Assembly (NCBI RefSeq): GCF_964355755.1
Contig: NC_092677.1
Span: 18,188,101-18,252,100, forward strand
Direction: 5' to 3'
Length of the DNA: 64,000 nt
Source of the DNA: Antedon mediterranea
Taxonomy: Eukaryota; Animalia; Echinodermata
Numbering within the stretch: position 1 is the first letter of the stretch; every line of letters starts with the position of its first letter. Below the pieces are notes generated by a model, which worked only from the letters and a program-made list of their open reading frames with translations, ran no database searches and was not told where the DNA came from. A program made the translations under genes and the position numbers. Of this stretch, positions 1-11,715 are shown piece after piece.

Positions 1-1160
1 AGGTGGTGTTAGTATTTATGTAAAAGATTCACTCTCTTTCAATGAAAGACAGGACCTAAAAATCGATAATTTAGAGGCAGTATGGATTGAAATAAATCGG
101 AAAAAAAAAATACAAATATTTTAATTAGCTGTATGTATAGGCCACCAGATGCGGATGCAAATTATTTTAACTTAATGGTTAACTCACTCGTTAGGGCAAG
201 TCTCGAGGATTCCGAAATTGTTTTATTAGGCAATTTAAATATTGATTATGTTAATAATGATAGTCTGGTATATAATCCAATCAATATGCTAGAAAATATG
301 TTTATTTTAAAGCAATTGATTCATGAAATGACACGTATAACCTCAACGACATCCAGTTGTATTGACGTTATACTGTCCAGCATGCCTGACCAACATAATG
401 CTAGTGGTACCGCAACCATTTCTGTGAGTGACCACAACTTAATTTTTACTTCAATAAATGATTGCTCCAAAAAAAAGCACAACCATAAAAATGTTACTTT
501 TAGGAATTATATAGGTTTTTTTTTCATGGATTAGTTGGCGTAATGAATTTATAAAAATCTGTAATACCCATACCCCAATACAATAATGCAGAGTTAAACG
601 CAGATGTTCACCCTGGATGACCCCTGATATTCTGAAATTAATGTACGAACGAGATTATGTCAAATTAAACTGGTAAATCCTGACCTAAAAAATGAATATA
701 AGCGGCTACAAAATCTTGTTACAAATACTATTAACAAGGCAAAGCGCGAATATTACAATACAGTTCATCTTAACTATAAAAATAATCCAAAAAAATTATG
801 GAATGAGATAAATCGAGTAACTGGAAAGGGTAAAAAGAATTTGAATACTACAATTTATGTTGAAAAATGCAATAAATATTTTACTAATATTGGAACAAAC
901 ATGGCCGATTCTTTTGATAAAAATAGTTTTCCCAAATGGAAAAATCCTGATTGTCTTTATAAATTTAAGTTTCATGAGGTTAATGTTGAAACAGTAAAAA
1001 ATAAACTCTCAAAATTGCCTGAAAAAAAACATAGATGTGATAGACTTTGATAACAAATTACTCCGCTTAGCGGCTCCATTTATCTCATATTCCTTATGTC
1101 AAATATTTAATTTAAGTTTAATAAATGGTATTATACCAGATGACTGGAAAATAGCAAGAG
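1..1160 (+). mobile_element. Degenerate CR1/L2-group LINE ORF2 fragment (APE endonuclease + linker), truncated by the window edge
   Basis: Translates as GGVSIYVK..LEAVWIEI..CMYRPP..LLGNLNID..TRITSTTSSCIDVIL..SDHNLI (APE motifs), then PWMT, NKYFTNIG and GIIPDDWKIAR; several stops and frameshifts. Confidence 0.85.
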
Positions 1161-1712
1161 AAAAAAATAAATAAAATTATTCTTCGTTGTTTCTTTCTGT
1201 TCATATTATTTGTAATATTATCTCAAAAAGTTAAATGTCAATAATCACCAACATTTCACAATATCTTTCGATTAATTAAAGTTTATCCTAATAGTGTGGT
1301 GCCATTTTGCATATATTTTCACTTTGGGCACATAGACTCGAAAAATCACTGTAGCCAAAAAAATTGTAGACTACGACCATATTTGGGGTATTTTCAAAAA
1401 GATGGTCTGTATCTTGGTGTCGAAATGCTCAGAACATATATGCTTCTATACGCCCTAACACAACATTTTGTCTGAAAATGGCCGGAATCACCATTTCCGT
1501 AATTGTGACCTTTGACCCTAGTATGCTCATATCTTGATAACTACTTGTAGTAGAGACATGCGATTGGGCTTGAATTTGTTAACTCAGAAGAAAAAAACAT
1601 ATGGATGTTACAGATTTCATAAAATCACACAATAAAACTCATTGTGTAGTAAAACTTGTGTATATATAATTACTTATATAATGACTTACTTAATAATTTT
1701 TTTTTAATGTAG

Positions 1713-1784
1713 AATCGCTTGAAACAATGATGAAGCCTTTCGCGTTTAACTCAGAAGAAAAAAAACTATCACCAACAGATGAAG
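1713..1784 (+). CDS. Probable 72-bp phase-1 linker exon of the NLR-like gene
   Basis: T-rich tract + TAG acceptor (1710-1712) and GTAATT donor at 1785; open frame ESLETMMKPFAFNSEEKKLSPTDE joins in phase 1 to the acceptor at 2407 (G|CT ATC AAG = AIKTFLK). Confidence 0.55.
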
Positions 1785-2090
1785 GTAATTAGTAACAAGA
1801 ACACAGAGAAAATATTTTGTTTAAAAAACACAGAAAAGTGAAGACTTTGTCAATATCCATAAGTTATTTGTTTTAATGTTATAAATATATTTGGAGCTAA
1901 AAAACATACACTTTGCTGGACCACTTTTCAGGTCATATGCTTTGAATTGAAATTTTACTTTCTTTTGATTTAGATTAATTTGCCATTACTAAATCTAAAA
2001 ATCTATTTACAGCTACATTTTTTTTCCCACAAAGTTCTGTATATTAATTCCATTATTTAATAACACGGCGTCATCTTCCAAATGTGAATG

Positions 2091-2260
2091 TACCCATGTG
2101 TCAAAAGAAGAAGAATCCCATATGGGCAACACAATACGATACCCATATACATAGGCATCGTATTGTATTATTTATGAGCTATTTGGGCCTTCTCATGTGG
2201 GACCCATATGGTTCTTGAGTGCAAAAATAGTTTAATCCCATATGGGCTTGCTACCTGGGT
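2091..2260. repeat. Small MITE-like element with internal CCCATATGGG palindromic motifs
   Basis: Repeated CCCATATGG(G) motifs and ACCCA...TGGGT ends; no TSD verified. Confidence 0.4.
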
Positions 2261-2791
2261 AGCTTTAGACAGTAGAAAAAAAAAGGAACACAATTTCCTA
2301 AAATAATTAATTAGTTTCCAATGAGTATGTAATATTCTAAAATCTACTTTTCAATTATGTGTTTTTATGTTCATTATGCTAATTGGATGTTAATCTAATT
2401 TTAACAGCTATCAAGACATTTCTGAAAAACAAACAAAAATCAAAATATGCACCTAATGGGAACAGCAGTTTTTAACGAAGAACATAAAGTTAACATTGCA
2501 GACGTTTTCACAGATCTCAATTTACTTTAATCTACAAAACAAAAACATGTTGCCCAAAGAACTTATTTGTGGCACATTAAACCAATTTTTGTCCAGAGGA
2601 AATAGTGAGGAAACAAATCTGCAATTGAAAATTTTGAAAAAATTCAAGGTTTTTATAAAACAGCTATCCTAGCATTAGGACAATGTATGTATGAAGGATT
2701 AAAAACAAATGAACTGATAATTGACAAGTTTGAGTTCACAAATATGTTTGAGGATAAATCAATAGTAGATTTAGCACTCAAAATTGGATTC

Positions 2792-3005
2792 TGTAGTGTC
2801 TATAGACACGGCGACCGAGAGGTCAAAGGTTGTAGAGCACATAAAGTGTGTGTGCGGTTTTGTTGTGCTGCGAGCACGCCATATCGATAATAAAGGCACC
2901 GTTGTTTGTGTTAAATAGAGTTAACCCGTCTCGTGTTATTACTACATTGTTATGACGACTAAGAGAGTAAGTGTATAGGAACTTACAGAGGTAACTAACT
3001 TTACA
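2792..3005 (+). repeat. 5' LTR of Gypsy #1
   Basis: TGTAGT...TTTACA, direct repeat of 7020-7233. Confidence 0.97.
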
Positions 3006-3006
3006 G

Positions 3007-3016
3007 TGGCGACGAG
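3007..3016 (+). promoter_or_regulatory. Primer binding site (complementary to the tRNA-Ser(GCU)-type 3' end CUCGUCGCCA)
   Basis: TGGCGACGAG one base after the 5' LTR; tRNA assignment comes from general knowledge of metazoan tRNA-Ser(GCU) 3' ends. Confidence 0.75.
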
Positions 3017-3029
3017 TATAAATTATAGA

Positions 3030-6000
3030 ATGGCTTTTCAGGTAAGCCCAATTGCCGGTTTTGATACGACGGACAGCCAAGCCCTCGGACAACGTTGGGA
3101 AAAATGGCGGAAATCTTTTGAGTTGTACATAGTTGCGAGCAACGTCAAAAACAACCAGCAAAAGAAGGCTATATTATTACATACAGCAGGGGAAGGAGTA
3201 CAAGAGTTATTTGAAACGTTAACAAAGGAAGATGACACTTATGAAAAAGCAATCGAAGCGCTAAATGCTTATTTTTTGCCGAAGAAAAATGTTGCATTTG
3301 AAAGGCATGTTTATCGACAAGCTGTGCAGGAGAACGGGGAAACGATGGACAGTTTTGCTACACGCCTGAAGAAATTGATAAAAACATGTGAGTACGAAAC
3401 TGAACTAGAAAAAGATATGATAAGAGATCAAATAATTGAAAAGTGTAGATCAAAGAAGTTGAGAATTAGATTGCTTAGAGAGGAAAAATTAACATTAGAC
3501 AAAGCGTTAGAAATAGCACGGGCACATGAGCTAGCGGACACGCAGGCCCATCAAATGGAAGCTTCGAGATTACAGACCACGCAACAACAACAAGGTAGCG
3601 TCGAAGGCGCGTACGCGATGAGTCAAAACAACCGCCGCAAAGCAAGTCGCGATGGTAACCGAAAAAAGTGGGCGGAGTCTAAGAAAAGTTACAGTAGTAG
3701 TGCTTCGAGCTCGAGTGGAGGAGATAAGACGTGTTATCGTTGTGGCAAACCAGGTCACATGGCTAAAACTTGCAGTGTTGTGAATAACAAGAAATGTCAT
3801 AATTGCGGAAAATCTGGACATTTTGCGGTAGTGTGCCAGTCAAAAAAACCAAGTAATCACTCAAGAAAGTCTAAACCAAGAAAAGTGTATCAAACCACGA
3901 CGAACAGTAGTTCTGATAGTGATACTGATAACTCTGAGACTTTATTTGTTATAAAAACAAAAGATACTAAACCATTGTGTACTGTAAATGTTAACGGTAA
4001 AGATGTAAGGTGTTTGATTGATTCAGGAGCCAGTGTAAATATTATTAATTATGGTATTGCTAGAGAATTAAATATAAAGATTAGGCCTAGCAAGATGAAA
4101 GTGTATACTTATGGATCAAAAGAACCATTAAGAGTAAAAGGAGAGTTTGATGCTTATGTGCATTATGGGAAAAAAGGTATAAATACAACATTTGTGGTAA
4201 TTGATAATAAGGAATGTTGTACAATCCTTGGGTATAGAGGTGCAAGTGACCTTAACATATTAAAGATAGATATGTTGTGTAATGTCCAAGTCAATGACAA
4301 AAATGATCAGTTGTTTAACGAATACAAGGATGTCTTTACCGGAGTTGGTAAATTAAAGAATTATGAATTAAAGATACATATTGATGATAAGGTACAGCCC
4401 ATAGTTCAACCACAAAGAAGAATTCCTTTTAACTTAAGAAATGCAGTAGAAAGAAAGTTAAATGAGTTGTTAGATCATGACATAATAGAGCCGGTACAGG
4501 GTCCCACATCGTGGATATCACCACCAGTTTTTGTACCTAAGAAAAATAGTGATGATTTGAGAATGTGTATAGATATGCGTAGGGCAAATGAGGCCATAAT
4601 GAGGGTTAGATATCCCATACCGACGATTGAAGAAGTTTTACATGACATGAATGGAGCCACACTATTCTCGAAAATAGATCTTAAATGGGGGTTCCACCAA
4701 ATTGAACTGGATGATAAGTCACGTGACATAACTATATTCATAACACATTGTGGGTTATTTAGGTTTAAACGTCTCATGTTCGGTATTACAAGTGCCCCTG
4801 AAATGTTCCAGCATATCATGGAACAAGTACTGGCAAAATGTAAAGGGGTAAAGGTAATTGCCGATGACATAGTGGTGTATGGTTGTAATCAGAAAGAGCA
4901 TGACGTAAATCTAAAGAATGTATTAAATACATTAAGAGAAAGAGGGTTAACGGCAAACTTGGACAAATGCAAGTTTGGTCTAGATAAGTTAGATTATATG
5001 GGAAATGTATTGTCCAAAGATGGATTAGAGGTGTCTAAACAAAAAGTAGTTGCTGTGAAAGAAGCAAAGGTTCCGACAAATGTTGTGGAAGTTAGAAGTT
5101 TCTTAGGTTTGGTCGGGTATTGTGGAAGATATATAAATAATCTTTCAACAAGGGAAGAACCATTACGAAGATTAACACGGGCAAAACAACCATGGGTCTG
5201 GGGTAAAGAACAAAATGATTCTTTAAATGACCTGAAGAATGAACTTACAAGTGCAGAAGCAATGGCATATTACAATAACAAGGCTAAAACACAAGTTATA
5301 ACTGATGCTAGCCCAGTTGGGGTAGGGGCAATTCTAGTACAAAAACAGGATGATGGCATGTTTAAGCCTGTGTTGTATGCCAGTAGATCGCTAACTGATG
5401 TCGAACGGAGGTATTCCCAAACAGAAAAAGAAGCCCTGGGGATAGTTTGGGCATGTGAGAGGTTCCATTTGTATCTGTACGGAATTAAGTTTGATTTAAT
5501 TACAGATCATAAACCGTTAGAGGTTATTTACTCAGCACGATCATAAACCGTTAGAGGTTATTTACTCAGCACGATCGAAACCATCAGCGAGAATAGAACG
5601 CTGGGTTTTAAGATTACAACGGTATACTTTTAGTGTTATCTATAGACCAGGAAGGTTAAATGCTGCTGATGCCCTCTCAAGATTGCCACTTGTAGTAGAG
5701 TCTAAGAGAAATGTAGCTGAAGAGTATATATATTTTGTTGCAAAGAGTGCAACACCAATGGCCTTAACCACTAAAGAAATAGAACAAGTTTCAATGAAAG
5801 ACGAAACAATGATATGCTTAAGGGAAGCAATCACTAATAATAATTGGTCAAATCCAAAAGTAGAAAGCTTCAAACATGTAAGAACGGAGCTAGCAGTAAT
5901 AGGGAAGTTGATTTTAAGGCAACATAGAATTGTAGTGCCAGAAGAGTTAAGGAAACAAGTATTGAATTTGGCACATGAGGGACACCAAGGCATAGTAAAA

Positions 6001-6948
6001 TGTAAATCTAGATTAAGGACAAAGGTTTGGTGGCCTGGAATCGATAGAGAAATTGAGAATTATGTAAAAGTGTGTCAGGCTTGTCAGGTAGTCGATAGAC
6101 AAAGTAGACCTGAACCAATGAAACCAACCGATCTGCCACAAAAGCCATGGCAGCATATTGGTATTGATTTGTGTGGTCCGTTTCCTGGAGGGGAAAGCTT
6201 ATTAGTAGCAGTGGACTATTATTCTAGATGGTTTGAGGTAGGTGTACTACACTCAACCACAGCAGGGAAAGTGATTGAGACCTTAGATAATTGGTTCACA
6301 ACTCACGGATTACCAGAGATGATCGTGAGCGATAATGGTCCTCAGTTTAGAGGTGATGAGTTTAAGAGGTTCGTAAATGAGAACGGAATTTCTCACAGAA
6401 AAACTACACCTTATTCTCCTCAAGCAAACGGAGAAGTTGAAAGGCAGAATAAAACACTCCTAAAAGCTATTAGAGCAATGTCTGCCGAAGGGAAAGTGTG
6501 GAAGAGAGAGATTAATAAGTTTCTGTTGGCGTACAGAACAACACCACACTGTGTTACTGGTGAAAGTCCAGCACAATTGATGTATGGTAGACAACTCAAG
6601 ACCAAGTTGCCTGAGATGGGTAATGAAGGGAGAGACCCAAACGATGATGATATTAGAGTTAAGGATTATGAAAGTAAAGTAAAACAGAAGGAATATTGGG
6701 ATAAAAGAAAGAAATCGAAAGAATCAGAAATTAAGAAAGGAGATAAAGTGTTTGTGAAACAGGATAAGAAAAATAAGTTGAGTACGACTTATGGAGAGAT
6801 GCCATATAGTGTAATAGAAAAGAAGGGAAACAGTGTTCAGATCGAAAACGATGAAGGTGTACAGAAACGAAGAAATGTAAAAGACCTTAAAAAGATTGAG
6901 TTTGAAAAGGGTAATGAGAAAGTAAATGAATCTGATGTTACAGAGTAG
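3030..6948 (+). pseudogene. Gag-Pol polyprotein (gag, 2x CCHC, protease, RT, RNase H, integrase), broken only by a 34-bp tandem duplication
   Basis: CYRCGKPGHMAKTC and CHNCGKSGHFAVVC knuckles, LIDSGAS protease, RT VIADD, RNase H TDAS/TDHKPL, integrase HHCC and D..D(SDNGPQF)..E(NGEVER). Deleting 5543-5576 puts ORFs 3006 and 5683 in one frame. Confidence 0.93.
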
Positions 6949-7019
6949 AAGTTTATAGTTTTAATGTTATAGTTTTAATGTTAGTTAATGTTAGTTATCT
7001 TAAATGAGAAAAGAAGGGA

Positions 7020-7233
7020 TGTAGTGTCTATAGACACGGCGACCGAGAGGTCAAAGGTTGTAGAGCACATAAAGTGTGTGTGCGGTTTTGTTGTGCTGCG
7101 AGCACGCCATATCGATAATAAAGGCACCGTTGTTTGTGTTAAATAGAGTTAACCCGTCTCGTGTTATTACTACATTGTTATGACGACTAAGAGAGTAAGT
7201 GTATAGGAACTTACAGAGGTAACTAACTTTACA
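7020..7233 (+). repeat. 3' LTR of Gypsy #1
   Basis: Direct repeat of 2792-3005, preceded by a PPT. Confidence 0.97.
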
Positions 7234-8646
7234 GATTCGTTTACAAAAAGCCACCTCTTAATAAAAGAGATAGAAACGAGATGTTTGCTCCTCCACACAA
7301 GCTAGTTTCAGAGGCATTAGCAGGGGTTTAACTTGCCGATAAGTGTCAGTCAGGTTATTTAAAGGAAGAAGAATGTGACATGATACTATCTAATAAATAT
7401 CTAAATATGACAACTGTATTCACTATAGGAATCCTTGGTGCTGATGCTGGTAGATTTATGAAACATTGGTTAAAAGTGAAAGCTTCAAATTTGTATTCAC
7501 TAGCCAAGTATTTCAGATATTTAAAAGCAGAACATAAAAATTCCGTAATAAAAGAATTAGATTCAAAAATATTAAGTGATACATTACTAAAACAAACATT
7601 TGCAGAAATGTCCACGTCATTTAGAAATGTTCTGGTTGAACAAAATAGAAACTTCCAAACATGTAGTTCAACTTATGAGCAGATTTATTGTGAATTGCCA
7701 AAGACATCATTCATCCTCCAATGATTATGAAAGCAAAGAATGCAATGCGAACAGAAGAGTTTTGTTCTATGCTAGTTCATATCTTTATAAGCACACAAGA
7801 GGTGTATTACAAAGAATTTGAATTAGATCTATTAGTAGAAGACGATATGATTGATATCATTTCATCTGTAATGAGACAATTTAAGTTCCAATACACCTTT
7901 ACGAGTGTTGAACTAAATAAACCAGTGAGTCTTAAATTCTTGATTCATTTGCTTACATTTTCTAAACAATTGATAGATCTGAAATTTACACCTAAGAGTA
8001 TAACTGCTGATTGGGTTGTAAATATCCTTTTAAAACTAAAAGATTGTACAGTATGGAATTGTAAAGATTTGGATTTAAGTGGGACTGACCTATCTTCAAT
8101 TGAAGGATCAAAATTAGCTTGTTTTTTAAAATTCTCACCACAGCTAAAACTTCTTAATATGAGTAATTGTCATCTCTCAGGTAGTATTATAAAAGATTTA
8201 GTTGATGAATGTGATAAAAACAATGTAGTATTGAAACCTGGCATGCTTAATCTAAGGAGAAACAATCTTTCAGATATTGATGGTGTTTTAGTTTTTAGAT
8301 TGACGAGCCAAATTATTCGTGATTGGGATTGTGATTGGTATAGTTATAACCTTACAGTTGATAATCTAAGCGATCGTATAGATGTCTGTTATGAACATAG
8401 TTGGGTATTTACATTAAAACGTTTGAATTTAAGTGAGATTAATCTAGCTTCTATTGAAGGATCAAAATTAGCTTGGTTATTAACATTCTCTCCAGAACTA
8501 GAATATCTTGATATGAGTCATTGCCATCTTTCAGGTAGTGTTATAAAAGATTTATTCAATGAAAGTGATAAAAACAATGTAGTATTGAAACCGGGCATGC
8601 TTGATCTAAGGGAAAACGGTCTTTCAGACATTGATGGTGTTTTACT

Positions 8647-10571
8647 CGTATCCGGATATTCACCCCCTGGACATTTACCCCGGAAAACTACCCCCCGGAC
8701 AACCACCACCTGGACCACTACCCCCTTAGGACAACTACCCCTTTAGGACAACTACCCCCGGACAAATACCCCCCAGACAACTACCCCCTTAGGACAACTA
8801 CCCCCTTAGGACAACTACCCCCTTAGGACAACTACCCCCTGGAAAACTACCCCCCGGACAATTACCCCCTAGGAATAATTACCCCCCGGACAATTACCCC
8901 CCTTCCCGGACAATTACCCCCCCCCCGGGTAATTACCCCGCGAACAACTAGGACTAGGACAACTAACCCCTGGACAACTACCCCCGGACAATTACCCCTA
9001 GGAACAATTACCTCCGGAGAATTACCCCCCATCCCCCCGGGTAATTACCCCGCGGACAACTGCCTCTGATACAATACTCCCCGTAGGACAACTACCTCCT
9101 GGACCTGGACAATACTCCGAGGGCAAATAATCTTTTAGGACAACTACCTCCGTAGGACAACTAACCCCTGGACAACTACCACCCAGAAAACTATCCCTTT
9201 AGAACAACTACTCCCCGGACGGACAACTACCACCCAGACCATTCAACAACCTGACTCTGCAACAGCGTATAATAGGAATTAATAACTATATTTTAATTCG
9301 TTACTTTGACGAATTACTATTCATTATTGTAAACAAAAGTAAAAGATTGAACATAAATATAGCCTGGTATAAACTGAATATTGTCACACATGATCATAGG
9401 ATAGTCGAACGTATTATATAGTACTCCCTGTATTTACTGTAAAGACTGGGTTCGCTAATAATAATAATAATAATTTTTGCGTCAGGACAATGCTTCGATA
9501 ACCACTGGTCTTAAAAGAATTAATTTTTGTCTCAAATTTGTCATTTGTATTTTTGTACACTTGAAGAATAATATCACTTTTGATATGTGACCTCAATGTT
9601 CACTCACCGAATAAACGGCGATCTTTAAATAAATTCCCCTCAAATAAACGGTGACCATGTCACTCCCATGACACATCATATGGAATAATCGGCGTCTATT
9701 TCCATTAGATTATACCCCCTCCCATTGAATAAACAACTTTCTTCCAATAAATGTCCACCTAAAAACCACCTAAACAATAAACAGCCCAGGCCGTTTTTTC
9801 AATAAATACGGTACTTTAAATCTAGCACATCTAGGGTCTAGCGTGCTGTTAAACAGAATAATCGGTTAAAAACGGGTGTTTCGAAACTAGAGACCCGAGA
9901 CCAGAGACCAGAGACCCGAGACCCAATACGAAAAGGGAGACCTAAAAATACGAAAAGGGAGACCCACGTACGAAAAGGGAGACCCCACTATATGAAAAGG
10001 GAGACCCCACTATACGAAAAGGGAGACCCTAATATACGAAAAGGGAGACCTAAATATACGAAAAGGGAGACCAAATATACGAAAAGGGAGACCCAAATAT
10101 ACGAAATGGGAGACCTAAATATACGAAAAGGGAGACCCACTATAAGAAAAGGGAGACCCCACTATACGAAAAGAGAGACCATACTATACGAAAAGGGAGA
10201 CCCTAATATACGAAAAGGGAGACCCAATTATAGGTCTCCCTTTTCGTATTGGGTCTCGTGTCAGGTCTTCTCTAGTCTCGGGTCTCTAGTTTCGAAACAC
10301 CCGTTAAAAAAAGATGATTTCATTTTTACAGAAACCGGTCCTATATATTTGTCTACTTTTGGATCGGGGGGGGGGGGGTAGTTGACCGGGGGGGGGGTAG
10401 TTACCCGGGGGTAGTTATCCTAAGGGGGTAGTTGTCCTAAGGGGGTAGTTGTCCTAAGGGGGTAGTTGTCCGGTGAGTAGTTGTCCGGGGGGTAGTTGTC
10501 CTAAGGGGGTAGTTGTCCGGGTGGTAAACATCCGGGGGGTAACTGTCTAGGGGGTAAGTGTCCTAGAACCG
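8647..10571. mobile_element. Foldback/TU-like non-autonomous DNA element with inverted arrays of 15-17-bp GGACAACTACCCCC repeats
   Basis: Left array ~8650-9240 and inverted right array ~10365-10570; (G)TTTTACT duplicated at 8639-8646 and 10571-10578; excision restores the LRR frame DGVLLFRLVDL. Confidence 0.85.
9873..10303. mobile_element. MITE nested in the foldback element; ~29-bp TIR and internal TACGAAAAGGGAGACC tandem array
   Basis: TIR CGGGTGTTTCGAAACTAGAGACCCGAGAC at both ends; (G)TTAAAAA duplicated at 9865-9872 and 10303-10310. Confidence 0.88.
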
Positions 10572-10813
10572 TTTTACTATTTAGGTTGGTTGATCTAATA
10601 ACATATGATCTCTTTAATAAATATAGAAATAGTGCCATTAGTGAAACATTTAAATTTACTTATTATAGACTATCAGTCCATAATCTAAAGCATCTTATAG
10701 ATGCCTGTTACAAACATGGTAGGATATTAATGCACAAGTTGAAATCTTCAATTGAAGGATCAAAATTAGCTTGTTTATTAAAATTCTGTCCACAACTACA
10801 ACATCTTGATATG

Positions 10814-11715
10814 TGATTATAGATCTAAATATGATTCTTGCCCTGTTGTACGATTTGCTGACGATACGGCGATGATTGGCTTGATTCAGAAGGACGATTG
10901 CACTTCATATTTAAATGAGATTAATAATTTTGTAAAATATAGTAATGATAACTTTTTAGAATTGAATGTTGAAAAAACAAAGGATATGATTATAGATTTT
11001 AGAAAGAAAACGAATAAATGTGATCTAGTTGACATAATGGGTAGACAAATTCAGAGGGTGGAAACATATAAATATCTGGGGGTTGTATTTAACAATAAAT
11101 TGACGTGGAGTAACCACTTGGATCTCGTTATGAAGAAAGTAAATACTAGAATGTACTGTTTAAGACAACTAAACAAGTTCAGTGTAAATAATAATATTTT
11201 GATTACATTCTATCAGTCTATTATTGTTGGGGTTTGGAAATATTGTATTGCGGGGTGGGGTGGAAATGTTACAGAGGAAGATAAGAGTAGAATTGATCGT
11301 GTAGTAAGAAGGGTTGAGAGGATGTATGATTTGTGTCAGCAGTCGGTGGATTCAGTTTATTGCGAGAACCTGGACAGGCTTTTTGGGATGGTGTTGAGGG
11401 ATGAAAGTCATCCCGTGAATTCCGATTTAGGCAGTCTCAGGAGTGCTCGCAGTGGAAGATTGCGATCCGCGGCTGCTGACACAAACCGATATCTTTTCTC
11501 CTTTCTGCCCACAGGTATCAGGAGACATCAGCGACATTCATCCAGATGAGCACCATGAAATAATATGTAATTATATGTTCTTGTTGTGAGTTTTTAATAT
11601 TGGTATTGTTGTATTGTCATGTTATTTTATTGTAATTATGATGTATTTGAAGACGAGCAATGTAATTTTCTCCTTGTGGGAACGAATAAAGATTATACTT
11701 GATACTTGATACTTG
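10814..11715 (+). mobile_element. 5'-truncated Rex1/Babar-type LINE inserted in the LRR exon
   Basis: ORF 10806-11549 has RFADDTAMIGL, LNVEKTKDMIIDFRK, YKYLG, FYQSII, then 3' UTR, AATAAA and a (TACTTGA)3 tail; removal restores HLDM|SDCHLSG. Confidence 0.88.

Larger units (their letters stand above)
2792..7233 (+). mobile_element. Full-length Ty3/Gypsy LTR retrotransposon (Mag-like), recent insertion
   Basis: 214-bp TGT...ACA LTRs at 2792-3005 and 7020-7233 that look identical; 5-bp TSD GATTC (2787-2791, 7234-7238); PBS TGGCGACGAG at 3007; PPT GAGAAAAGAAGGGA at 7006-7019. Confidence 0.97.

Noticed and set aside
5540-5690. Programmed frameshift or readthrough between the two Gypsy #1 ORFs
   Set aside because: The break is inside RNase H and is fully explained by a 34-bp tandem duplication.
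2823-7254. Antisense ORFs in the LTRs and pol of Gypsy #1 (and similar ones in Gypsy #2 and #3)
   Set aside because: Short shadow ORFs with no recognisable motifs.
9920-10235. CRISPR-like array of TACGAAAAGGGAGACC repeats, and ORF 9992-10381
   Set aside because: Spacers are only ~4-8 bp and similar to each other, there are no cas genes, and the array lies within MITE TIRs; the ORF is a repeat translation.
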